Shown piece after piece: positions 62,817 to 64,000 of a stretch of 64,000 bases of DNA. A program made the translations under genes and the position numbers. The notes under the pieces were generated by a model. The model worked only from the letters and a program-made list of their open reading frames with translations, was not told where the DNA came from and searched no databases. Source of the stretch: Kondoa subrosea (lineage: Eukaryota); NCBI GenBank assembly GCA_039545335.1, contig BCIN01000003.1, forward strand, positions 1,054,001 through 1,118,000, read 5' to 3'. Position 1 is the stretch's first letter. Every line of letters begins with the position of its first letter.

Positions 62817-64000
62817 TCACTGTATATATATTAATCAGCCCTAGTCAAGTAGCAGTGGAAAGGCACTCACCTGCAACAACATGTCTCTGTAGTGCTTTTG
62901 CGCATTGCCACCAGTCCGCTTGATAGCTAATCTCATCATATCAGTAATGATCTGTTGACGAGAGCAACAGACAACACTGACCAATCTTTGTAAAAGTCCT
63001 TTGCTGTTCCCGCATTTCCTTGAGAGACTGATTTTCCCTCGCTTTTCTAGCTTCACCAGCATTAGCGACTTGCATTTCGCCGTACTTGGTCTGGATCAAG
63101 GCTTGCGAAGAAGAATTAGAAGGTTTCTGGTTATAGTCTGCCATTCTTGCTACGAGGTTCTTCTTTTCGTTATCTTCTCGCTCGAAAGCAGGTCTGATAT
63201 TCAATTCAATTCGATAATCAGCTACATGGAGCTGAAGAGGAAAGAGAAGACGTACATCAGATTCTGCTTGTAGATCGTTCGTAATGCCCGATGTCCAATT
63301 CGTTTCCCAGAAGGTAAAACCAATTCATAATCCGTATCACCATACCGCACACCACTCGATTTAGGTAGATCATCTTCTTCATCCGAGAATTCGGAAACGA
63401 CTTCTTCTTCCCCGTCTACTTCCATCCCATCTTCGTCCGCTTCTACATCTTCCCATTCTTGCGCTTTGCCTTTTCCTTTACCTGATGGTGTATCATCATC
63501 ATCGTATGATTTTGTGAAGTCGTAAAAGTCTGAGAATTCTAGTCGGTCATTTTCTGTGTCCCAAGGTAATTTGCAATGCATCTGTCATCAACCAACGGAT
63601 CAGCTTCTATCCCCCAGAAGGTATGACAAGAAGAGAACCAACCTTGTCGCACATATGTTTCCTAACAGCTTCCAAACCTCTTCTAGCACGTTTGGCTTCA
63701 ACTTCTTTATCCTCTTTTTTGCTCAATTCAACTCTTCCACCAAACCCTAAACCACAAACGATGCAAACATTCCAAGTAGCAATCACTTTACTCAAATATT
63801 CTACTAAACCTTTTTCATCTACCAAATATTCTCGATCAGGTACAAAGAAACCATGAGATTTATGCATATGAGACATTTTCGTTTCAAAGGCTGAGAAAGA
63901 ACGAGGACAGAAAAGACAAGTTAATTCTGGGATAGTTAATGCTGAAGAGAGTCTTCTTTGAACTGCTTGATCTACTAAATCCGCTTCTGCATCGCTAGAG
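62817..64000 (-). CDS. REI1: Pre-60S ribosome maturation C2H2 zinc-finger protein (Rei1/ZNF622), 5' end outside window
   Basis: CLFC..HM.KSHGFFVPD.EYL.D..GL..YL, CIVC..HM.DK.HCK, DFYDF, ELVLPSG.RIGHR, N.QKHYRD.LLQ*. Confidence 0.9.

Noticed and set aside
1..64000. tRNA/rRNA genes, transposons, CRISPR arrays, pheromone (CAAX) precursors, alternative genetic code
   Set aside because: None recognised by eye; conserved proteins translate normally with the standard code once introns are removed. Small ncRNAs could have been missed.

Overview
Gene-dense, intron-rich eukaryotic DNA that reads as a basidiomycete-type fungus: short (~45-70 nt) introns, very degenerate 5' splice sites, many micro-exons and tiny intergenic spacers. 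I can place about 30 spliced protein-coding genes by hand. They include GPC1, a DUF1640/MCUR1-like gene, ARG8, STU1/CLASP, ERG3, TAN1, RAI1, an MFS sugar porter, OLE1, FBP1, a histidine acid phosphatase, CDT2, a 2OG-Fe(II) dioxygenase, an old-yellow-enzyme, a histidine-phosphatase/PGM-like gene, a kinesin-4-like motor and partial REI1. The most unusual items are: (1) an intact but extremely divergent beta-tubulin paralog with no MREI start, substitutions at benzimidazole-site positions and two obligatory GC-AG introns, head-to-head with an orphan gene; (2) a probable catalytically dead, mitochondrially targeted adenylate/UMP-kinase-fold protein directly downstream of it; (3) a local birth-and-death array of F-box-like/LRR paralogs (two intact, one double-frameshifted, plus a separate deleted relic); (4) at least seven GC-AG introns and 6-nt micro-exons; (5) head-to-head gene pairs whose ATGs are only about 60 bp apart. 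I recognised no RNA genes, transposons or CRISPR arrays. Gene models are manual and exon boundaries are unverified.
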